Of a stretch of 64,000 nucleotides of DNA, positions 56,352-64,000 are shown piece after piece. A program made the position numbers and the translations under genes. Position 1 is the stretch's first letter. Every line of letters begins with the position of its first letter. This DNA is from a virus: the IMG/VR virus record IMGVR_UViG_3300019888_000003, positions 14,344 through 78,343 of that record, one strand, 5' to 3'. The notes beneath the pieces are model-generated. The model did no database searches. It saw only the letters and a program-made list of their open reading frames with translations, and was not told the origin of the DNA.

Positions 56352-56710
56352 GGCTGGACTCCGTTTCCGAATTGACGGTACGTCTGGCCTCCGAACAGGG
56401 TCTCTTGCAACAGCGTTCGATCAACCCTTATCAATGGTGGGCGCTGACGTACATGATGAGTTACAAGCGGTGGTTCCTGGGCGAAGTGCGGGACGATTTC
56501 CTCAAGCGATTCGTTCTGATGACGGACCCGAAGAGATACCTGGAGGTGTATGCCTCGCCACTGTCGGAAGCGTTGGACGACGTGGAGGAGATGCCCATCT
56601 CTCCGAGCGAGTTCGCCGACATCGACAGCTATCTGAAGGAGCTGGACAAGGTAAGAAGTGTGAGTGGTGCAGATTTCGGCGACGACGACGGAGACGGTGA
56701 CTGGCAATGA
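56345..56710 (+). CDS. Tail assembly chaperone frameshift extension (GT-like)
   Basis: The -1 frame ORF ends with an ATGA overlap on the tape measure start. Confidence 0.8.
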   Translation, partial: TVRLDSVSELTVRLASEQGLLQQRSINPYQWWALTYMMSYKRWFLGEVRDDFLKRFVLMTDPKRYLEVYASPLSEALDDVEEMPISPSEFADIDSYLKELDKVRSVSGADFGDDDGDGDWQ

Positions 56711-59058
56711 CGATGCCACCGAGTGGCAACGGGCCGTTCGATTACACCGAGGACACGGTATCGGCGCGCCTTTCTGTCGAGGTGCCTGCGGACGCCATCG
56801 CCAACCTCCAGCAGGTCACTCGCCAGGCCAACGACTTGCGCACCGTTATGGAGGCGGTAGCGCGAGCACAGGCGGATTTCGCGGAGTACTTACGTCAACT
56901 CCCCGAACTCATGGCAGACGCCGCTACAGCGGCAGAACGTCTCACCAGTGGCACGACGGGGTTGCTGGGTGGACCCACGACGGGGGCAGCAGCAGTGCGG
57001 TCGGGGCGCAACGATGCCACGGCGACGAACTGGGACGAGGATGCCCCCGGAGGGCGCGACACGGATCGAGTGGTCGATCTGGATTCCGCGATGGACGATC
57101 TCGCCCGTCGAGACCCACGGCAATATGGGAACGTGTTGGCTCAGCACGGCGAACGAGTGATCCGGCGAGGGGATAGCGAGGAGGCTCTTCCTGCTCCTCG
57201 CCAGCGGCGTCCGCGTAGTGGAGGGGCGGGGCCAGGACGAACGGGGCCTTCCCCTCAGGACGCACAGCCCACCGACTGGACACAGTCGCTTCAGCGGTAT
57301 TCGGGTCAGGGCACGAACGTAGTGAACTCGATTCTCAACGACACTCAGGCCGGAGGCCGTAGCTCCTTTCTCGACATGGGTCAGCACGCGGTGCGTGGTG
57401 GGATCAGTGGGTATCGCAATGTCCAGGGCCGTATGGCTGCCCGGATTGCCGAACTTCAGGCGGAATCGGCAGCGCACACGATTGCCGGAAATGCTCCCGA
57501 GGCGATAGCGGCGGAGGGACAAGCGGCACGGTTGGGTTCCATGTCCAGCGGACTCGGTATGGCTGCCAAGGGTGCTGGAGTGGTGGGCGTGGGCTTGGCA
57601 GCAGCGCAGGCCGTGCAGTCGGGAGGCCAGTGGTATCAGGGCATGTCGACGCAGGGTATGCAGCGTGGCGGTGGGTTCAGCGAGGGTATGGGGTACGAGA
57701 TGCAGGTCCGCACGATGGCCCTGAATCCCTTCATCTCTCTGGAGCAGAGCCGCAAGATCATGCAGTCTGCGCTCAACGAGGGTTATACCGGCAAGGAGTT
57801 CGACACCGTCACTGAGTTCATGGCCGACAACCTCAAGAAGATGAACGTCGATGTCGCCACCTCGGTCAAGGTGCTCCAGGAGAACGTGCAGAAAGGCGGG
57901 CAATCCATCGGTTCCGCGCAGACCGATATCGGCACCGCGCAACAGCTTTCGGCAGATCCCAACTCCAAGTTGACGGCGGGGCAGTCGGTCGCCGCCTATA
58001 CGGCGAACACGACGGCAGCCATCGGCGTCGGTGCGTCGGGAGTCGACGCCAGCAAGTACGGATTGACGACAGCAGCTCTCGGTGACGAGAGTCAGATACT
58101 TAAAGGTGTACTAGGGACGGGGCTCGTGGGTGCAGCCACGAGCAACCCCATAGTTCAGCAGGCCATCGGTGCCTCTGTCGGGTTCCGGGGAGCACCCGGT
58201 GGTGCGTTGGCCTATGCATTGGCTCAGCCGGGTGGTGCACAGAAGGCAGAGCAGGCACAGGTAGACCAAATGATCGCGATGGCACAGAATTTCTTGCCGA
58301 TGCTGGCCAATCCCCAGACTGCCGGAGCAGCTGTCACCGGGTATCAGCAGGTGCTGGGGTCGATGGGATACAACTTCGACATCCCGACTGTTCAGGAGAT
58401 TTTGAAAGAGATCATGAACGGTACATTCAAGGCTCTCCCCACCAAGGCGGCGGAGGCAGTGAAGACCTCGGCTACTGGTGGTGATATCGCAGGGCCTTCG
58501 GGGGCAGAGCGCACGAAGCAGGTGTCGAGAGGCGTCGGTGGGTTCTTCCAGGAAATCGGCGGCGCGGCGGCCTGGGCGTTGGGCGCTGGTGGACACAACC
58601 CGCTTGCGGACCTGGGCCGGGGAATGATGGGAGCGGGACAGCGCAACGTGGAGCAGGGCTCCGCATTGTCGGGTTCGGCCTCTACCAATTCGAGGATTGT
58701 CGATCTGGTGAACACGTACGGGGCCAGCGGGCAGGTCATGCTCAAGGGCAAGGACGGCAAGGAGATGAAGCTCGACGCCAACGCGCTGTCCAACGAGTCG
58801 GTTGTGCAAGATATCGTTTCGGGTGATACACAGGTCAAGCTTCCGGGCGGTGATTACAGCAAGTTGGAGAACATCTCCACCGCTCAGCAGACGGCTTCCG
58901 GCACTGGCGGTGGTGTCATCGGATTGACGGATGAGGCGCGTCGGTACTTCAACTTCACGCCCAACGATCCCCGCAATCTCACTCAGATAGGCAACGATAC
59001 GGGGACGAACGGGGTCCAGCGCCTCAATCCGATACCCGGAACGAACTACGGTAACTGA
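56707..59058 (+). CDS. Tape measure protein
   Basis: 783 aa, Ala/Gly-rich and helical; follows the chaperones. Confidence 0.82.
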   Translation: MTMPPSGNGPFDYTEDTVSARLSVEVPADAIANLQQVTRQANDLRTVMEAVARAQADFAEYLRQLPELMADAATAAERLTSGTTGLLGGPTTGAAAVRSGRNDATATNWDEDAPGGRDTDRVVDLDSAMDDLARRDPRQYGNVLAQHGERVIRRGDSEEALPAPRQRRPRSGGAGPGRTGPSPQDAQPTDWTQSLQRYSGQGTNVVNSILNDTQAGGRSSFLDMGQHAVRGGISGYRNVQGRMAARIAELQAESAAHTIAGNAPEAIAAEGQAARLGSMSSGLGMAAKGAGVVGVGLAAAQAVQSGGQWYQGMSTQGMQRGGGFSEGMGYEMQVRTMALNPFISLEQSRKIMQSALNEGYTGKEFDTVTEFMADNLKKMNVDVATSVKVLQENVQKGGQSIGSAQTDIGTAQQLSADPNSKLTAGQSVAAYTANTTAAIGVGASGVDASKYGLTTAALGDESQILKGVLGTGLVGAATSNPIVQQAIGASVGFRGAPGGALAYALAQPGGAQKAEQAQVDQMIAMAQNFLPMLANPQTAGAAVTGYQQVLGSMGYNFDIPTVQEILKEIMNGTFKALPTKAAEAVKTSATGGDIAGPSGAERTKQVSRGVGGFFQEIGGAAAWALGAGGHNPLADLGRGMMGAGQRNVEQGSALSGSASTNSRIVDLVNTYGASGQVMLKGKDGKEMKLDANALSNESVVQDIVSGDTQVKLPGGDYSKLENISTAQQTASGTGGGVIGLTDEARRYFNFTPNDPRNLTQIGNDTGTNGVQRLNPIPGTNYGN

Positions 59059-59060
59059 CC

Positions 59061-59687
59061 ATGACGAACGGGATTGCGTCTATTACCCACGGCGGCAAGG
59101 TGTTTCGTTTCCGAACGAATCCCAACTCGATCCGGTGGAGCTACAAGTTGAACACCAACGTAGACCAGACGTACGGTGGCCGGGTTGTGCAGTTGCTCAG
59201 CGCCAACGTCGACGACTTGGTCGTCACGGCAGAAGCGGGTGGGGGTGGATGGGCGTACATTTTCGCCGCCGCGACGTTCTTTCGTGACATGCTCTTCGAC
59301 CAGCGCAACGGCGGAGATGCGGGGATATTCGAGTATTCGCCGCGAGGTTGGAAGATGGGGGTGTATGCGCTCAATTTCCCTTTCGGTGATGACGTGAAGG
59401 CTGTGGCACGGCAGTTCACGATGAACTTCAAGGTCCAGGAGGACATCTCTGGTGTCATAAGTACTGACTCGTTGTCTCTGGAAATGGCTTCGCTCCAAGC
59501 GGGTATCGGATACAAACACAACGAGTACAACACTCCTCCGGGCGACACCGGCACGGCGGCCAATCCTGTCCCCGGTGCGACACCGGCACCGGGTACAACG
59601 CCAGCGCCAGCAGCACCGCCGACCATTCCTGGCGCACCCCGTTCCACCAATCCATCCGGCCCTATCCCCGGTGGCTTGATTCCGTGA
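59061..59687 (+). CDS. Baseplate / tube-initiator-like protein
   Basis: FRTNPNSIRW...QTYGGRVVQLL; follows the tape measure. Confidence 0.6.
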   Translation: MTNGIASITHGGKVFRFRTNPNSIRWSYKLNTNVDQTYGGRVVQLLSANVDDLVVTAEAGGGGWAYIFAAATFFRDMLFDQRNGGDAGIFEYSPRGWKMGVYALNFPFGDDVKAVARQFTMNFKVQEDISGVISTDSLSLEMASLQAGIGYKHNEYNTPPGDTGTAANPVPGATPAPGTTPAPAAPPTIPGAPRSTNPSGPIPGGLIP

Positions 59688-59703
59688 ACGAAAGGATCTG
59701 GTG

Positions 59704-59889
59704 ATGTCCGCTAACTACTCGTCCAACTGCCCCATCTCGCGACCGGCAGAGATTCTGGAGGACAATTACGTCGACGTCGGTGGCATGGCGTGGAGCGACC
59801 GCATAGGCCTGTTCTACGCCTCGGAGAATCCGCTTCTTCCAATCAAGCAGCCGAACGTGACGTCTCTCAATACGACGATGGCGGGGTGA
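59704..59889 (+). CDS. Small baseplate-region protein
   Basis: GAAAGGA RBS; fills the intergenic gap. Confidence 0.55.
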   Translation: MSANYSSNCPISRPAEILEDNYVDVGGMAWSDRIGLFYASENPLLPIKQPNVTSLNTTMAG

Positions 59890-59890
59890 T

Positions 59891-60445
59891 GTGATGTCGT
59901 TGCTCAAACTGTCGTGTCCTGATGTGGGCGACATGTCGTTGAAGTGCACTGCGTTCAGTTCCCCGTTGACGGGGGTCATGGCATCCAGTCAGACCAAGCA
60001 CGCGATGCATCATTTTCCGATCAAAGCAGATCAGCAGAATATTCAGTTCGATTGTGTGTTCCGCAACTGGTCCGAGTATCGGGATTTTCAGGACTACATC
60101 CGCAAACACCAGATGCGGGCACTGACGACGGTGCAGAATCCAGAGATTACGTTGAATTGGCCTGAGCGCGACATCGTCAATTGGTCGGGGGTCGTCTCGA
60201 CGATTAAGGCCGGAGACGATCGCTTCAACATCGCTCCGAAGGCTCAGGTTAATTTTCTGCTTGTGGACTCGATGCTGAGTCAGAAGACGTGGACCTCAAG
60301 TTTTGGCGAGAATTTCACCAAGTGGTTTCAAACCGATATCGGGGACCCTGTGGTCCCACTCATCGTCCCGCCGAGCCCTGGCAGTCTTCCTGGCGTGGGA
60401 GTCATTCCGGGCGTGTTCTCGGGATTGACTGGGCTCGGACATTAA
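59891..60445 (+). CDS. Baseplate-region protein
   Basis: Position and size in the baseplate cluster. Confidence 0.55.
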   Translation: MMSLLKLSCPDVGDMSLKCTAFSSPLTGVMASSQTKHAMHHFPIKADQQNIQFDCVFRNWSEYRDFQDYIRKHQMRALTTVQNPEITLNWPERDIVNWSGVVSTIKAGDDRFNIAPKAQVNFLLVDSMLSQKTWTSSFGENFTKWFQTDIGDPVVPLIVPPSPGSLPGVGVIPGVFSGLTGLGH

Positions 60446-60460
60446 GGTGAAAGAAAAAAT

Positions 60461-63121
60461 ATGACTCTGCCGAATCCCTCTACCGCCCCGTTCAAGACGC
60501 TGGTCTACAGCCCCGAGTGTCGCATTCTGATCGAGGGCGTAGATGTGTCGGCTGATCTCGTACGTGGTCAGGTGTCGCGTATCACTGGCGGAGCCTCGGC
60601 TATCCAGTTCACTTTGAGCAACAAAGACCTGCGCTACAACGACAAGTTCCGTCGTATGGATCGTGTCGTGGTGTGGATGAAGCGGGTTACGCCGGTCCTG
60701 GTGTTCAGCGGTTACCTCGATAGCGTGCCGGGTCTTCAGCTCTATGCCTCGACGGTGGTCATCAAGGCCAGTTGCACGCTCAAGCGGTTGCTCTATACCT
60801 ACTGGGACCCTGGTCTGCCCGCTTCTATCGCGCTGCTCAACATCCAGGCGATAGCGTTCGGTGGTGCAGCGTTCGGTACTTCCCCCAGCGGCAGTACGGC
60901 ACCGACGACACCAGGCGCTCCTGGTTCTTCCACTGCCACCCCAGCGAAGCCGGGTGATGCAGTAGCTGTCCCGCCGACGAGGTCCACCGATATGAGTGGT
61001 CCCATTCCGGGAGGGTTGATCCCGGCAACGCCAGGTGATGCAGGAGCAGCAGGCACTCCGGCAGCGCCGGGATCTACGACGGCGGTCCCTGGTGCTGCTT
61101 CGGTGGTAGGGGGTGACAGTGGCATCGGGAATCTCCTCAAGAACGTATTGGTCAAGGTGGGGGGCTGGGGCGAGGAGAACGTCAAGGTACAGATTTTCCC
61201 GTCGTCGTTCTTGGGATATGTCCAAGGCCAGATACCGGCGATGGCAAACCTGTGGCCGGACTCGTTGACGGAGTTCAGGAAATTGTTCGAGTTCACCGAA
61301 ACGGGTTCTGCGGCAGGAACGGGTGCGGGCGGAGTCGGGGGCAATCTCGGGGCCGCCACGTTCTCCTCTATCGGCCCGCCAGCCAGCGGCAACGCCTACA
61401 GCGATATGGAGATCGTGTGGATTGTCACGCACGCTGGGTGGACCGGGCACGATGTCGTCGTAGGCTCATCCATCATCAAGGCCGAATCGGGTGGTCAGCC
61501 AGGAATTATCAGTCCACCGAACAACGACGGCACCCTCGACAAGGGTCTGTGGCAGATCAACACTGTGCACGACAACATCCTGCCTGGTCAGAATCGTCTC
61601 GATCCTGCCGTGAGCACCAATATTGCTCGCATTCTCTACAACGGTAGGGGTAACTGGGACGACTGGTCCTCGCTCGTCTATCACGGCACTGCGCAGCAGC
61701 ACTTCTCCGAGTTCGAGGCCATCGCGGCAACAGGAGGTACCGCTCCGCCAAATTCCGGCGTGAGCGGTGGTGGTCCCCCTGCACCAGCTCCTGGTCCAGT
61801 TGCGACCCCTCCTGCTCCCGGTGCTCCTGCTGCTCCGACTTACACCCCTACGGCGGGCGAGGCGGGGCAGCTTGGGAATGGCCCCACCAATACCTCGATG
61901 TGGATCGCGGTCAAGACTGCTTTCCCCAATGCCACCCTCAACGCGGGCATGACCGACCATGCCAACGACGGTGGCTACCACCCGATGGGCATGGCCATTG
62001 ATATCGGTGGGGACCTTCAAGCGATAGCCAATTGGGTCTATCAGAACTACCGCGATACTCAGCAGCTCATTTACAGCAACGGGCCGTTTCTGCTCAGCGG
62101 TAAGACCGGACACATCGACCCCTCCGATCAGGCCGGTATCCGGGCAGCCTATGGCGAGAGCACAGTGTCCCAGCACGGTGACCATGTGCACTGGGCCAGT
62201 GATCACGTTGTCGGTCCCGGAGGGCCTGGCGGAGCAGGCGGCGCACCGGGAACGGGATCAGGGACTGGGGCTGCACCGCAGGCCTCGAACAAGTTGGCGC
62301 AGAACATCTTCACGTTCTTGTTCGATACAGCGGGATATGCGCAGCGCAACTCGACCATATATACGGGTCGCTTGGCCAGCGTCAACGACGAGCCGCTCAT
62401 CAATGTCGTGCGCACGTTGTGCGAAGGGCGGATGTGTGAGTTCCAGTCGCTTCCGGACGGAAAGTTTTCGGCGTTTTATCCCGACTATTTCGGTCTCGAC
62501 GGTACGGCTCCAGTCATGAAGCTCGAAGATGTCGAGATGAAGGATGTCCGAATTTATATCAATGACGATGCGCTCACCACTCACGTGTTCACTCAAGGCT
62601 CGAACAGCCTTACCGGAGGCATCACTCTTCAGGGTGAGTTGGGCTATCTGTATTCCCCTGGTGTCGTGACGATCGAGGACGAGTGGTTGTTCAAGCGGGC
62701 AACTGAAGGAGCTTTTTTCAAGCCCGATGTCGCCGATGCGAAGGAGATGCTGAGTCGGTACGGCGTGCGTCCGCTCAAGAAGACCTACCCCAATATTTAT
62801 CAGACTGCGCACCCCGAAGCGATGCTTCTGGTGGCGATCAAGTTGTTCATGCAGAAGTGGGCTGAGCAGTATCAGACCACTATCGAATTGACGTTCATGC
62901 CGGAGTTGTATCCGGGTATGCGTGTCGAGTTGGTGGGGCATGATTTGATCCTCTACGTCAAGGCGGTCAGCCATAATTTCGATTACGAGCAGGGTTTCAG
63001 CACGTCGGTACAGGTGATGGCCCCGATGTCGGTCTCACGCAGTCCATTGACGGGCTCCAATCCGGACGGTTCGACAGGTCCGCTCAACCAAGACATCCCG
63101 AAGCCCTCTGGAGCTGGCTAA
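60461..63121 (+). CDS. Baseplate hub with inserted lytic transglycosylase and peptidase-like domains
   Basis: Hub-like N- and C-terminal parts (FMPELYPGMRV...VSH); IIKAESGG...GLWQIN (SLT); HPMGMAID...HGDHVH. Confidence 0.78.
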   Translation: MTLPNPSTAPFKTLVYSPECRILIEGVDVSADLVRGQVSRITGGASAIQFTLSNKDLRYNDKFRRMDRVVVWMKRVTPVLVFSGYLDSVPGLQLYASTVVIKASCTLKRLLYTYWDPGLPASIALLNIQAIAFGGAAFGTSPSGSTAPTTPGAPGSSTATPAKPGDAVAVPPTRSTDMSGPIPGGLIPATPGDAGAAGTPAAPGSTTAVPGAASVVGGDSGIGNLLKNVLVKVGGWGEENVKVQIFPSSFLGYVQGQIPAMANLWPDSLTEFRKLFEFTETGSAAGTGAGGVGGNLGAATFSSIGPPASGNAYSDMEIVWIVTHAGWTGHDVVVGSSIIKAESGGQPGIISPPNNDGTLDKGLWQINTVHDNILPGQNRLDPAVSTNIARILYNGRGNWDDWSSLVYHGTAQQHFSEFEAIAATGGTAPPNSGVSGGGPPAPAPGPVATPPAPGAPAAPTYTPTAGEAGQLGNGPTNTSMWIAVKTAFPNATLNAGMTDHANDGGYHPMGMAIDIGGDLQAIANWVYQNYRDTQQLIYSNGPFLLSGKTGHIDPSDQAGIRAAYGESTVSQHGDHVHWASDHVVGPGGPGGAGGAPGTGSGTGAAPQASNKLAQNIFTFLFDTAGYAQRNSTIYTGRLASVNDEPLINVVRTLCEGRMCEFQSLPDGKFSAFYPDYFGLDGTAPVMKLEDVEMKDVRIYINDDALTTHVFTQGSNSLTGGITLQGELGYLYSPGVVTIEDEWLFKRATEGAFFKPDVADAKEMLSRYGVRPLKKTYPNIYQTAHPEAMLLVAIKLFMQKWAEQYQTTIELTFMPELYPGMRVELVGHDLILYVKAVSHNFDYEQGFSTSVQVMAPMSVSRSPLTGSNPDGSTGPLNQDIPKPSGAG

Positions 63122-63936
63122 TGGCGATGATCGAGAGCACCTCCAACACCAAGATGATTGCTGCGATCTCCGGCGTAGATCTTGTCAACCGGAAGTGTTC
63201 TGCTGTCAATGCACTTGCCGGAGAGGTTGCCGTTCACCTGAACGTGTTGCCCTCGGGGAATTTCGTCATTCCGTCCTTGGGCGAGCAGTGGATCATCGAG
63301 AGGACTTCCGACTCGTGGTTTCTGTGTGATCGGCTCGACTTCCAGGATGCTCGCGTCAATCTGCCGTGGGAGGAGGGACTGACAGCGCTCGGTGGCGTGG
63401 GCCCGACGTATCTCGTCGGTTCGCGAGTAATTCTTCCAAGTGCGGCCTATTTCGGAGACGGGCAGATTCGGCTTCTGGGTGGTGTGCTCCAGACTCGTCC
63501 GGACGATCAGTCAGCGTGGGTCACTGTTGGCGCTGGTGGTGGCGGTGTTACCACAGGAACCGCCCCGCACAAGGTTTCTTATATCCAGACCCTGACGACG
63601 CGTGCCGTGGGCTACGGTCAGATGCCGGACGGCATTCGCCCTGGGCCGTGCACGTTCACTCGGGCCATCTACACCTTCGGTACACAGGATCAGAGCGGTT
63701 CCTCGACGGTGGAGATGCGCGGCAACTCCGGGGCTGCGTTGGCCGGTAGTTCGCTGACTGTCTCCGCCGCCAACCAGGCTCAGGGTGATGCCACCAAGGC
63801 GGCCCGTACCGTGACCGGAAGCTGGGTATTCGCCGAGGACGATATTTTTTCGGCGTACACCAGCGCAGTCGGTACGACTCCCGGCGACCGACTGACCGTC
63901 CACCTGACCGGCACAGTGAATCTGACTCTCTCATGA
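63121..63936 (+). CDS. Baseplate spike-like / minor tail protein
   Basis: N-terminal OB-like IPSLGEQWIIER; follows the hub. Confidence 0.55.
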   Translation: MAMIESTSNTKMIAAISGVDLVNRKCSAVNALAGEVAVHLNVLPSGNFVIPSLGEQWIIERTSDSWFLCDRLDFQDARVNLPWEEGLTALGGVGPTYLVGSRVILPSAAYFGDGQIRLLGGVLQTRPDDQSAWVTVGAGGGGVTTGTAPHKVSYIQTLTTRAVGYGQMPDGIRPGPCTFTRAIYTFGTQDQSGSSTVEMRGNSGAALAGSSLTVSAANQAQGDATKAARTVTGSWVFAEDDIFSAYTSAVGTTPGDRLTVHLTGTVNLTLS

Positions 63937-64000
63937 GCATGATGGCGGTGCGGCCACCGTCTTCTGCCGTCGTCATTCCTGTCAGCATTACCGAGGACGC
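63933..64000 (+). CDS. Start of the next baseplate gene (truncated)
   Basis: ATGA overlap; frame open to the window edge. Confidence 0.35.
   Translation, partial: MSMMAVRPPSSAVVIPVSITED

Noticed and set aside
1-64000. Prophage or temperate functions and host flanks
   Set aside because: No integrase, repressor cassette, att site or bacterial housekeeping block seen; the whole window reads as phage.

Overview
This window is 64 kb of a large, GC-rich, lytic-looking contractile-tailed (myovirus) actinobacteriophage. Its gene content and order resemble the Bxz1/cluster C-like group, and the host is probably a Mycobacteriales member (both inferred, no database search). Left to right: tail-fibre and minor tail genes; a lysis cassette (LysA, DUF4185/GH183-like arabinanase, holin); intein-containing terminase; thyA, RuvC-like and PnuC-like genes; membrane proteins; a large head module (acidic modular proteins, portal, SWIM protein, protease-scaffold, decoration protein, major capsid protein); a beta-helix protein, an ADP-ribosyltransferase-like protein and a Gp88-like protein; an early-gene island with a duplicated promoter and an HTH gene carrying ori-like repeats; fibres, neck, sheath, tube, frameshifting chaperones, tape measure and baseplate. 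Five free-standing homing endonuclease genes are present. No tRNA, CRISPR array or integrase was seen. The most notable observation is that head-region proteins are strings of small modules separated by a recurring basic [KR]-x-A motif (RRKQA, RKTA). This suggests a prohead-protease-processed cargo polyprotein system, possibly including a packaged ADP-ribosyltransferase. Also notable: homing endonuclease insertions duplicate the ends of host genes, and the three antisense ones carry sense-strand ORFs that may preserve translational coupling.
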